The position numbers and the translations under genes were made by a program. Below are positions 6,861 through 18,800 of a stretch of 27,778 nucleotides of DNA, in pieces (position 1 is the stretch's first letter; each line of letters starts with the position of its first letter). The stretch is taken from the IMG/VR virus record IMGVR_UViG_3300031519_000170, positions 1 through 27,778 of that record; one strand, written 5' to 3'. The stretch comes from a virus. Its lineage: Duplodnaviria; Caudoviricetes. The notes beneath the pieces are model-generated. The model saw only the letters and a list, made by a program, of their open reading frames with translations, was not told the origin of the DNA and searched no databases.

Positions 6861-9800
6861 CTGGTGCATTTGTTGGTTCCCCTGCTATGAATTTAGCCTG
6901 CTGTGTAGTTGAACTTTGTAGTCCATTACCATCCGCGGCTGTTGACGCTCCTGCATTATACCATGTGTTACCACGTTTTTGAACAATTTTAATTTGTGTT
7001 CCTGTTGCAGGCGCTGTTGTTAATGTTACGTTAGCGGTACTCCCATCCACCGAATAACCCCTTACTGATGTACTATCGTCCGTCTCGTGTTTAAACAACA
7101 ATCGTTGGCCACCAATGAAAATGTCTAAATCTTCTTCACGAGACGGAGCGTATGTAGTAGCAAACTGAACAGTTGCGCCATCCCCTGTGTAGGATTTGGT
7201 TGATACTGTGTCAGCATAAGGCACTGTTTGTTGTCCACCGGCGTCTACTACTGAAGCACCTGAGGCATGTGTCTTAATTCCTGTTCCAAGGGTACCTCTA
7301 CGTAATTGTCCTAGAGTGTTACCTGACTTGGTAAAATATTCAATTCTTTCTTTGTCAATAAAAACAACACCTGGTTGATTGCTACTTGCATCAGGTTGTG
7401 TCAAAATTGCACCGTTGCCAACTATGATGTTTTGATCTCCTGGTACAACTTCAACTGCTAATGTTGTTGTGTTATTTGCACTAATTCTTTTGTAAAAAGT
7501 TCTGTTAAGCATGTCTTTGAAAATTCTAAATCCTGTTGCGTTTGTTGCTGAATCCAAAGCAAAATACATAACATCTATTCTGTCATCTGTGGCTAAAGTT
7601 TGACCTTTAATTGTAATTTTGTTACCACTCAACGTGTAATCGTAATTTGCTACTAAGGCTTTTGTAGAATTTAAAGTTACAAAAACATAATCGTTGTTTA
7701 AAGGTTCGTTCATTAAGAATATCTCGCCATTTGTTCTACCCTCTAAAACTTCTCTTCTTTGTTTCATTCCTAAAGCGTTATTGAATGTTGTAACTCTTAA
7801 ATCAGATCCTGTTGATAAAGTTATGCCATCTGCACTAATGTTTGCTGGTACAATAATTAAATCCAAATCTGCTGATATAAAATAATGATTGTCAATTAAA
7901 GTTGTTATGGCAATTACATCTCCATCAATTGGCACACTAGTAAAGTCTACAGTTTGATTTGTAAGGTCAACTGTGTAGTCTGTGTTTAAAATTTGTTTCA
8001 ATCCGTTTTTGTAAACTTCAAGCTGAGCAGTGCTAGTAATAGTTTTAGCAGGATCTACTGTTGAGCCATCTGATAATTGACTAGTAACACTGTAGATGTA
8101 AGTTGATCCGTCTGCAGAATAGTAAGTGTTATCTGGTCCTCTTAACAATATTCCATTTAGTTCTACTAATGTTAAAGCCGCAAATGGACCAATTGCTCCT
8201 GTTGGAAAATCAAGTGTGTAAGTTTGTGTGCCAGTGTCATAAGAAATGTCTTCACTTATAATTTGTGCAAAAGCTCTAGTTGAAGGATCTTGATTAAAGC
8301 CTGCAATTTGAATTGCTTTGCCTGATGCTGGTGCATTGTTAAATGTTAGTGACACTGTTCTGTTTAGTTCTGTTGTAGTAAACTGTGTAGTTGGAACTCC
8401 GTCTACTGTGACGTACAGTTGCGACAGAGAGCTGTCTAATGCGTAAGTGTCTCTGGAACTGGTTTTAAAAGTTGCAGTGGAACCATCACCAGTAAATGTA
8501 TCTAAAACAATATAATTTTGACCTGACACTGCAAAACTTTTAATGTTAACAACTGAACTTTGTTTTGGTGCAGACGTAAACGTAATTGTTTTTGCTTGAG
8601 TATCAACTGTATAATTTACAGTACTGTCTGATGCTCTACTATTTTGATGAACTCCATCTAATGACACCATTACTCCTGCCTGTGTTGCTGGCTGTTGACC
8701 TATATCAAATGTCACTGTGCTACCATCGCCTCTATGTGATTTGTCAACAACAAATGGCACACCTGACTCAGGTGTTGTGTAAACTTTAATATCTAAAGTA
8801 TCAAAAATTTGTCCCGGTACTTGTTCTTCTGGAGCGTAACTAGTTTCCGGCGTTATAAATCCGTCACCGTCTTGTAAAATATCGCTTGGTGATATACCTA
8901 CAGCAGAATTAAACAAACCACCCGTTAAAAGAGTATCCAAAGTTCTATCATCTGTAGGTGTTAAAACTTTGTCATCATCAAATAATATTAATTCAACTTT
9001 TACTCCATTTCCTGGAGCAGTGCCAAGAGTAAGTTCTGTAGTAGAACCATCTCCTCTAAAAACTTCTGTAGTTTGTCTTACACCATCAAAATAAACTGTG
9101 TAAACATCAGTTGATGATGGAGCAGTGTCAAATGTGTACAATACTGTTGATCCATCTCCATAAAAAGTTTTTACTGAACTAGAACCATAATTGTCCCATG
9201 GTGTATCGTACCAAGGAGATCTATCCCAGCCTTGATCCTCTTTAAATAATAGTCCTGTAACCATTACTCCACCATAATCAATTCCTTCCATTAGTTGGGT
9301 TAAATCATTTCCAGCCATGCCTGATTCGGGTGTGTACAAGCCTAATGTTCTTGCTGATGCTGTCAAGAAAGATTCGTTACCTCTAAGTTTTTGTAAATTT
9401 CCTAGACCTTCGTCAAATTTTGTACTTGAAGTAAATGCATTGGTAGATTTATAAAGTTCGTTGTTGTATCTTATTAGTTGTCCATAAGCAAAACTTGTTG
9501 ATTTTGCCCATTCGTAAACAACAGCATTTTGATCTATTCTATCAAATGCAATTGATATTTCAATATCTCTAACCAAATCATTGTTTAAATTTGCATAGGC
9601 TTTAGCACTATCTGTTGGTGTGATTCCGCCTGCTCCTCCGCCTGTGATAATAATTGTTGGTGTGGTTGTATAGCCTCCGCCTGCCGTGTCTAAAGTAATA
9701 GTTGTTACTGCACCACCTGATATTTTTGCTGTTGCTGTGGCAACTGTAACATCTGGAGTTTCATACATTTTGAACTCAAATGGATTTGTACTAATTCCAG

Positions 9801-12800
9801 TGTTCTGCACTGCTGTTGGCATGTAAAAAGTTGCGCCTGAATATTCTTCAAAAGTAAATGCAGTTGATGTGCCTGTGCCACCGTTTTGAGAATCATAAAT
9901 GTTTGCTTTTGTCTGGACTGAAAACAATGGGTAAAAATATCCATAAGTGCCTGATGTACTGCCAGATGTACTTCTTCCTAGTATTTGGAAAGGACCTGTG
10001 TTTTCAACAGCTCCACCAATTATAGATACTGTTGGAACAGTTATGTAACCTGAGCCACCGGCTGTCAGTGTAATAGTTTTTACAGATTTTTTATAGTTGT
10101 CTGTCCAAACTTTGTGTGGAAATTCTGTTATTCTTGTTGCATCTACAACACTATCAGCATCGATGTTTCTAATTTGTTTGGTATCACTATCGTAAAAAGC
10201 TGGATTGTCAAAATCTGTAAACAAGCCATCTTGTGTTTCAGTTTTTTTGTATCCTACTTTATATTCTCTTAATTTAGTATGGAAGGGTTTGACTTCTTTA
10301 ATATACTCCTCCACATAAGAGTCAGCACCTGTTGTATATGTTTTACGTTGAATTAGTTCTCTAAAATTATTTTTAACATTTAAAAAACTAGTTTTGAATA
10401 ACCAATCAACATACAGTTGTTCTTCTAGAACTTTTCTCAAACCTACAAATAATAAATTGTTGTATTCTACTTTGAGCTCGCCAATAAAGATATCGTCTCG
10501 TAATGCAGTCAATACATTCCTAGTTTCAGTGCTTGGTTCTTGGTCAAAGAAATTAGTATCAAAGTTGTCTTCTCCAGCATAACCTGTGTTGGCTATGTCG
10601 TAGTCATATAATTTTTTAGATAACTGTATTGTTCCGTTTTCTGTACCAACTTTTGTCCAACCAGTAGTTGTTTTCATAAACAACTTCCAACCACCTGTGT
10701 CAGCGGCTGTTACCTTGGCATGTTTTCCTACAGCAATATCAAGTGTGTCTAATTGGTATTCATAAGTTACTTGGGCATCTATAGGCGTATTTTCGTTATG
10801 TATCATTTCATGTATAGAAAGATCTGTGCCATACCAGTCTGTAAATGAATAAAATGCATTTGTTTTATAAGTTTGTAACTTTGTTCTACTCCATGTTGAA
10901 CCATCCCATTGATAGATAGCCCAAAATCCGTTACTGTTTTCTTCATCAGCTTTTACCAGATAATTTACTGTACCACTTAAATCTTTAGTCTCAATATATG
11001 TCAAATCTAAGTATGTGTCAACTGAACCATCCCACAAACCTGATGTTGAGGTTGGTTGTGGATCTTCTTTGTTTAAATTAGTGTATGAAATAGTATTTGC
11101 TATTTCATATTTTTTAATTTCTGTGTTAGCGTAATCTATAATTTCCTTTAAAGCGTCAAATCTGTTTACATACCAACTCTGTCTCGGTCTTAGTTCTGTA
11201 CCGTATCTTCTATTAAGTGGTAAATCTAAATCTGGTACAGCATTACCTGAGCTATCTGCTCCAATTAAACTGTCCCACCATTTGCTTTCAATTTTTACTG
11301 TGCCTCTTTCATCAGCGTCTCCTTCACTAATAAGTTTCCATACTGTGTGTTTGGTTGCTTCATGATCATTTGTTGCGTAATCAACATTTAATACAGTGTT
11401 GTCGTTTGAAAGACTATTTTTTACATTAAACGTTATTAATTTGTTTGTGTCACTGACTGCAAAATATTTAAATCCACTGTTGTAAGGATTTTGAATAATG
11501 TTCGATATGTACGCACACGTATTTTTTCTTGTTACAACTGATCTTCCTGGATCAGGTAAAAATACAGAATTTTTTACCCAGTAGTAATAGTAGTTCACAA
11601 AACTATTTGAAGCACTGTCGTATTTTTGTTTTACGGAGTACACTGTGTTGTCATTGTATTTTGGAGAACCTGAAATATTATCTGCTAATCCTTCAACTGT
11701 GTCTGTTTTTGCAAAATAAGTTGCCGGAGCATCTATAGATTCAACCCATTCATAAATGTCAATACTTGCTCCTGGGAATAATTGTCCCCAATGTTCTGTT
11801 TTGTATTCTTGTGTTCCTTGTTCATACCAAGTCCACCTAGCAGTAGACAAGTCCCACCATACTTCGCCAATGTGTTCTTCGCCCCAAGCAATTTTTGCAT
11901 CTGTTGTGACTGTATCTAAGCCAACATTATATACTGCTGGATCCCATTCTGCTTTATAATTAATTTCTCTATCAGCAACACCAAAAATTCTACCTTTGAT
12001 TGGATCAAAATAATCAAGATAATCAATTATAGCGTTTGTTGATCTGTTAAAAATAAATGCTGACTTAATTTTTCTATTGTCAATTAATGCTGTTTCTGTA
12101 ACTAAAGTTTTCCAAGCAAAACTGCCTTCGTTGTCTAAATCAAAAATTGTAACTGTTCCATCGTTGGTAACTGCGCTTGAAGAATCGTCTTCTGGAGATC
12201 CAACATAAACTGCTTTGTCAGTGATGTACACACCTCTACCAAAGTCGTCATTAGCGTCTACATGAGTGGTCACTAGCCTGTCATCAATTACAAATTCAGT
12301 ATTGTACATAGTAGCAGTGTAGACTCCGCCTGAACCAATATTATCATCAACAACACTAGTGTCTTGTAAATCAAAAGTTGTTGCACCTGAATCAAATTTC
12401 ATTTCTCTGCTGTTGCCAAGTCTTTCTGCGCCTATTGCAAGACGTGTGCCTGCATGGTTCACAGCCAAACTAGAACCAAATCTCATATTTGTTTGTAGAT
12501 CCGGTGCTTCTAGTGTTTGTTGTAGTGTATAAATGTTAGTGGAATCTGTCGCATTAAATTTGTAATAATATACTGCTCCAGCATCCGCTTGATTTGTTTT
12601 GTCATGCCCGGGTGCTGAAACAAATAATTTTGTTCCATCGTTGTTCATTGCTATATCTAAACCAAACTCGTTGTTGAATGTAGAACCGTCCGCGGCCGCT
12701 CCTGTTAAAGTTTGTGCGTGTACAAAACTATTTGTTGTACTGTCATCATTTGAATGACCAGATCTAATAAAAATTTCAACTTTGCCTGCAGTGCCTGGAG

Positions 12801-15800
12801 ACTTACTAGAAATTGCTAATATATCACCGTTGTCATTTACTTTTACTTTATGCCCAAATCTTTGCCCTGCATCAGCATCAGGTGATAGGATTGATTCATT
12901 TTGTGTCCATGTATCATACGTTGAACCGTCACTGCCTATCTGCCAAGTATACATGTGAACTATACCTGTATCGCTCAAATGTCCTGGAGCAGAAACAAAT
13001 AGATATTTTGGAGTTGTTGTTCTTACAGCACTGCTTGTTGGTTCTGCAATTGCTACACTAAATCCAAAATTAGCGTTGTGTAGTTCCGTTGAGCCATCGG
13101 CAGGTCCTGTAATTGTGTTCAATTCACTAAATTTAAATGACGTTGGTTCCCATATGTAAGTTTTAATTAAACCAGCATTTTGAAATCTTGTACTTCCATC
13201 ATTACCTAATGCATTTGCGTAAGGAGCTCCTGCAACAACAAAGTTGCCATCTGAACTAATAGCTAAACTATGTCCTAATTTAGAAGTGGTGTCGTCATTA
13301 TCTGTCATTGTTAGACTGTTTTGTATTGAAAAGTCTGTACCTGCAGTTGAACTATTTCTGAAATAGAAGTGAATAGTACCTTGGCCAGCAGTTGGTGCCG
13401 CTACAACTAGTGTTCTACCATCTTCTCTGGCAACAATGTTGTAACCAAAGTCTTGATCATTTGATGTGCTTGGTGTGTTTAAAACTTTTAAAGTGTACGG
13501 ATCACATTTTTCATATATTTTCCAATCAGATCCGTCATTGTTAACAAATATTCTATCGCCATTTACTTTGTTTACTGTGTCAACATCTCTATAATCATCA
13601 TAACTTAAAAGTGTATTAACATCGTTCATAGTAGTGAGTCTTACAGAAACAAATTTATATACGTCACCGTAGGTATCAAAAGTAGAACCGTCTGCTAGAA
13701 CAGATAGTCCTGCACCTAGTCTACTTGCATTTAGATAATTTATTATTAATGATTTACTATCTAAGATATCACTGACCTGATATACTCCGTTTAGATCCGC
13801 GAATTGAGAATTGCGTATTGCAACATAGTCATTTTTAACAAAGCCATGGTCTAAAGTAAAATTAATTAGTAATTGGCTATCACTGTTAAAACTTTGCATT
13901 GATTTAATAGATGTGCCTGTAGACGTGATTCTTTGTACGTCCCAGTCGGTGTTGTCTTTTCTAGCAATCCAAACTAAGTCATTGTTTTTTACTGTGGCAA
14001 CATCTAAATTTAATAAATCGCTGGTGCTATATGCTGTGTGTTGTACATCTTGTAGTCTCGGCCATCCAGCAGTTTTAAATTTTTGTGGTACTTCTCTGTC
14101 AAAGCCTTGTGCTGTGTAATTGTATGTTCCAAATGTGTTTGCCGCAGTGTAGTCTAGTGGTTTCTGATACAAGTTGTCTGCTAAAACTTCAGCTGATCTT
14201 GAATAAGATGCTGTACCACTATCTAAAAGCTCAATTGATTGAATATTTTTTGTAAAAGTTGTATCTGGCATTTGAATTTGAATTGACTTCATGCCGTCAA
14301 CATTTCCAAACTCTCCTACTCTAATCATCCATTCTGGAAACGTATCAATATCTAAACTTTCATCTTCAAACTTTGCCTTAAGTAATCTATCTATAGCAGT
14401 CTGGGTACCTTTATCTCTGATAAAACCTTGATAAAACTTGTATTGAGAAATATCATTAACAAATAAATTTTCTAGATACGGTCTGCTCTGGTAACCAATT
14501 AGGTGTTGAGCTAGACTTTGTTGGTTGTTATCAAAATTATTAGTTTCTAAATTATAAAAATCATTAAACTGTGAAATTTTGTAATCAAAATTTGGAATTA
14601 GTTGCGGTACTGGTTTAGAATCTTTTTTCTGCCAGTTTGCAAAAACAAATTTTGCCCCAGAATTATGATTAACTTTTGAAACAAAAAACTTAGAATCATA
14701 TTCTACAGTATCTCCAACTTCGTAATTGGTGTTTGCTAACCATAAAGAAACTTTTGCCTCATCATAAACAAAACCAGGAGCATAATAGTCTCCATTCCAA
14801 TTGCCTGTTTTCCATCCTACAAGTTTTAGCCTTTGTTGTCTGAATCCAGTTGAAAGTTCAAAAATTATATCATTAAAGACTGTTTTGTTATCAAAAAGTA
14901 AAACGTGTTCTTTTTGCACAGCATTCATTGACGTGTTGAATATTCCAATTTCGCTGTTTTTTGAACTTAAAGTAAAAGTTGTACCAATTCTTTTTGAAGA
15001 TAAATTGCTTTTTGCAATAGTTCTTCCACCGCTATCTAAAACTGAAAATTCTCCTCTAGCATCTGATAACTTGCTTATAATACTGTTATCCGTGGTTAGA
15101 TTAAAACCATCTGCTCCTGGTGAAACAGTTATTGCCGCTCCTGCTTGCCATCCTTGATTTGTCCAATATAAAAACTCTTTAGCCGCTGTTTCAAAATTTA
15201 TAACTTCTTTTATTTCATTACTGAATCTGTCAAATGTAAATCCTTGGCTTTCTAAATACTTTCCGTATCCTACTAAAAAATCAACTACTTCTTGCGCAGT
15301 ATCAAACACAGTTCCGTAAGTAACTGTTTTGACAGTGTTATCAAAATTTCTGTAAACAATAGCATCTGCTTGTCCCATTGTTATTTTTGTTACACTACTA
15401 TTCTTGATAGGTTCAAAAATTTTAAAGTACGGTCTAATAGTGTTGTAACCAACAACTTTGAATCCACCTTGCAGTGTTGAACCGTCCGATGATAGTGTAT
15501 TGTTTAGTTCAATTAATACTCCTGAATAATCATAGGTATCAACAGGATTAGATGTTCTAAAAACAACTGTGAAGTTTTCATCTGGTACAAATTGAGAGCC
15601 GCCAGTTGATCCAGGCGACGTTGAGTCTGTTAAAATTTTTATATTTGCTTTATCAGAAAATCCACCCAATTTGTAAGCTAGTTGTACATTAACATTTTTT
15701 AATTTGTCATAGAAAAAAGTTGCAGGATCTAAATTATTTTTTATAAGATAGTTTACTATCCATGTTTGATATCCTGCTGTCTTATAAACTGTGATTGCAC

Positions 15801-18800
15801 CTAGTGAATCTGTTTCTGTCTCTAAATGATATTTTGCATCACTTAAATTTTGTCTTACACCTGTGCCTGAATCCACTAAGTTTCCGCTGGTGTTTGTTGT
15901 CAATCTTGAATTATCAAAATACAATCCAAAAAATTTAGCAGGATTGGTCAATGCTAATAATTTACAAACGCTGAAAGGAAAATTTGCAGATCTTCTCCAA
16001 GCAGTTTCCGAAGGAGATTGATCGCCAAATTCCCATTTTTCCGCTGTATTTCTTGCTAGGTTACCTTTTATTATTCCTATTTCTACAGGACTTTTTAAAT
16101 TGCCGTTGTCGTCTACAGGAATGTAATCTGCAAGACTAGTTCTAATAAATCTAGTGTTGGTTGAAGCTGTTGTTCTATCATATCCGCTGGCAAGATCTTC
16201 CCATAGTACACTGTTACCTGCTGAATACGGCGCTGGTCCGTAATTGGTTTCCCATGTGGTTGGTTTTTCAGAATAACCTAGCATTTCCCATGGATGAGTA
16301 TGTGGTCTATCTGTGTCATAGAATAATTTAAATATTCCTCTCCAATATCCTGGTAGCGAATTATTGCTTATTGGATCTTTAGCCTTGTTGTAATTCCATG
16401 TAAATGCATCAGCATCATTAAATGTTGTGTTGGTCTGCCAATCTATTCCGTTCTTTCCTGCCCAAGAATAAAAGTCTACACTTAAAACTGAATCAACTTC
16501 AGCAATACTATAATCAGTGTTTGAAAATAACGAAGGTCTTACATTAGTTTCCGCTAACAACGTTGCATCATAATTTGTTTTACAGTTGTTGTAAATTCTT
16601 TTTTCTAATTCAAGCAACAGATCGTCTCTATAATCTCCAAAGGCAATTGTTCTGGAACCGTCGTGTCCAACAATTACAGTTTTGGAAGTTCTGTAAGTGT
16701 TATCAGTAACTGATTCAGGTTTAAATTTAGGATACAAACCAAGTTTAGTTGGAGTTGGTGGAATAAAACTTCCAGCAGTATCCGGATAATCTTTAATTAA
16801 TATTATGTCACCAACAGCAATAGTAGCTGACATTGTTATACTATCATCTGTTGTGCTAAAAGTATAATCTGTTCCTAGCACTTGCTGTACATTATTTAGA
16901 TACACATATACAGCTCTGTTGCTGACTGTTGTCATGTCTTGCTTAGAATCTATCGCGTATTCAACTTCGCTGGAATCTTGTACAGTGTATGTTCTTGTTG
17001 TAACATTTTTTCCATGTCCTACCATGTCCTCATAGAAGAAAGGAAAACTGCTACTTTTGTCTTCAACTATTTTTTCAATTATTTGATCAACAAATTCTCT
17101 TGCGTCACCTTCAAAACTTTTTCCTGAAGTTTCATTTATAAAACTTTCTTTAAATTTTTGGTATTCTAAATTTGCATAATCTAAAGCGTATATGGCATTA
17201 GCGTCTTTATCTATTAGTGTAAACACCCCTGCTGTTAAAGGCGCACTGTGTTGTAATACTGTACCGCCTTTGGTTCTAACGTCTGGAATGTCTCTTAGGT
17301 TTGAACTTCCAGGAGTTGCTCCAGTAAAATTAATATTTTTTGCTTTTATATCTTTTAAATGATTTAATACTTCACCGTAGGTAAACTCAGTTTCCTGTGA
17401 ATTTAATGGATTGGTTGATAAATTTTCAGGCACTTCATATAAGCCAATTCCATCAATTTTTTTTGTTTTAGAATATGTTGAAATTCTAACTAAATCTCCT
17501 ATATCCAAATCTTTGGAAAATTTTACATATTTGTTTGTTGTACCGTTTGCAAGTGTATAATCTGTAGTAAGATCCTTCCTTACATTGTTTACATCAACAG
17601 AAACTTCTAAATCTGATAAACTTACAGAATTTTTGTAGCTATCAATTGCAAATAATTTTTTTTCGTCTGCGTTAACAATAATAGTTCTTATTACTCTTTG
17701 TTTGCTTTGATCTGTTCTTTCTATCCAACTACTTTTTGAATTGTGTGTTGTTAAGCTAGTAGTATAATGCACGTGGCCCGAACCATATGTTTTAGTGAAA
17801 AATTCTTCTCCACTTTTGTAAGTAAATGTTCCTGAGCTCAGATCTGAACTAAACACAATGTCACCAACATTGTTTATTGTTTTGTATTTTACTTTCATAC
17901 CAAGCACTGTGTCAGTAACCGAATTATCTGATGTTTGAAATTCAAAAACTTTAGCTCCTGTAAAAGAACTATTTGGGTAAGTTGTGGTGTTGGAGAAACT
18001 TACATGATTATCATCAAACATATCAAACAATGGTGCTTGATTAACTTTTGTTTTAGTCTGTCCCACTGTCCATGTTTTAGTTGTTGAGTCATAAAAATAT
18101 GTATTTCCTTGATTGTTTAAACCAAGTTCTGTAAAAACACACTCTCCATCTGTTGGCGCAGTGTCTGCTTCTTCTGTCAAAGCAATTACACTGTTGGTTC
18201 CAACAGTAACAAATTCAACTTTAAAAATTTTATTGTTGACTAGTGAATCTGTGTCAGCAGTAAACAGTACTCGCATGCCTTCCGCTAGAGCTATTCCGTC
18301 AACAATGTAACCTGTCTGATTGACGATGCTACTAAAAGCATCTGTTGTAACTGTGTCAACAAGTGCCACTGACTTTTTAGCCACAAGTCCATGATTGTAT
18401 AATGCCAGTCCAGCGTCAAATTCAATGATTGGTCTTTTGGCTCTATCTTCTTCAAGAAGATTTGCAGTAAATCCATTTGCAGTGGCAGTTGCTTCCAAAA
18501 CTGATTTATGGAACCATCTATTGTAACGAGACCATGCATTCTGATCTAAGGAAGATCTTTTTGCTAGGATGTAATCTTTTGTGACAGGTCTAAAAAAAGA
18601 AATTTGATAAGGTCTGTCGTCATACTGTACAGTATCATAACCTTCTGTCACCTCATCAGCATATGTTTCTGGAGTTATCAGATCTCTAGTATCTGTAAGA
18701 GTAATTGACTCTCCTACTCCCTCAATGTAAAATTCTCTTCCTGAATAATTTGCAAGGTCTGTAACATTTGAACCAAATTTAATTTTCATACCATTAGAAA

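Noticed and set aside
6846-6869. Track start MHQNKYNN at 6869 for the 238-aa ORF
   Set aside because: It overlaps the upstream gene and lies upstream of the AATAAATA box. ATG 6845 fits the box-to-ATG spacing seen at 4648.
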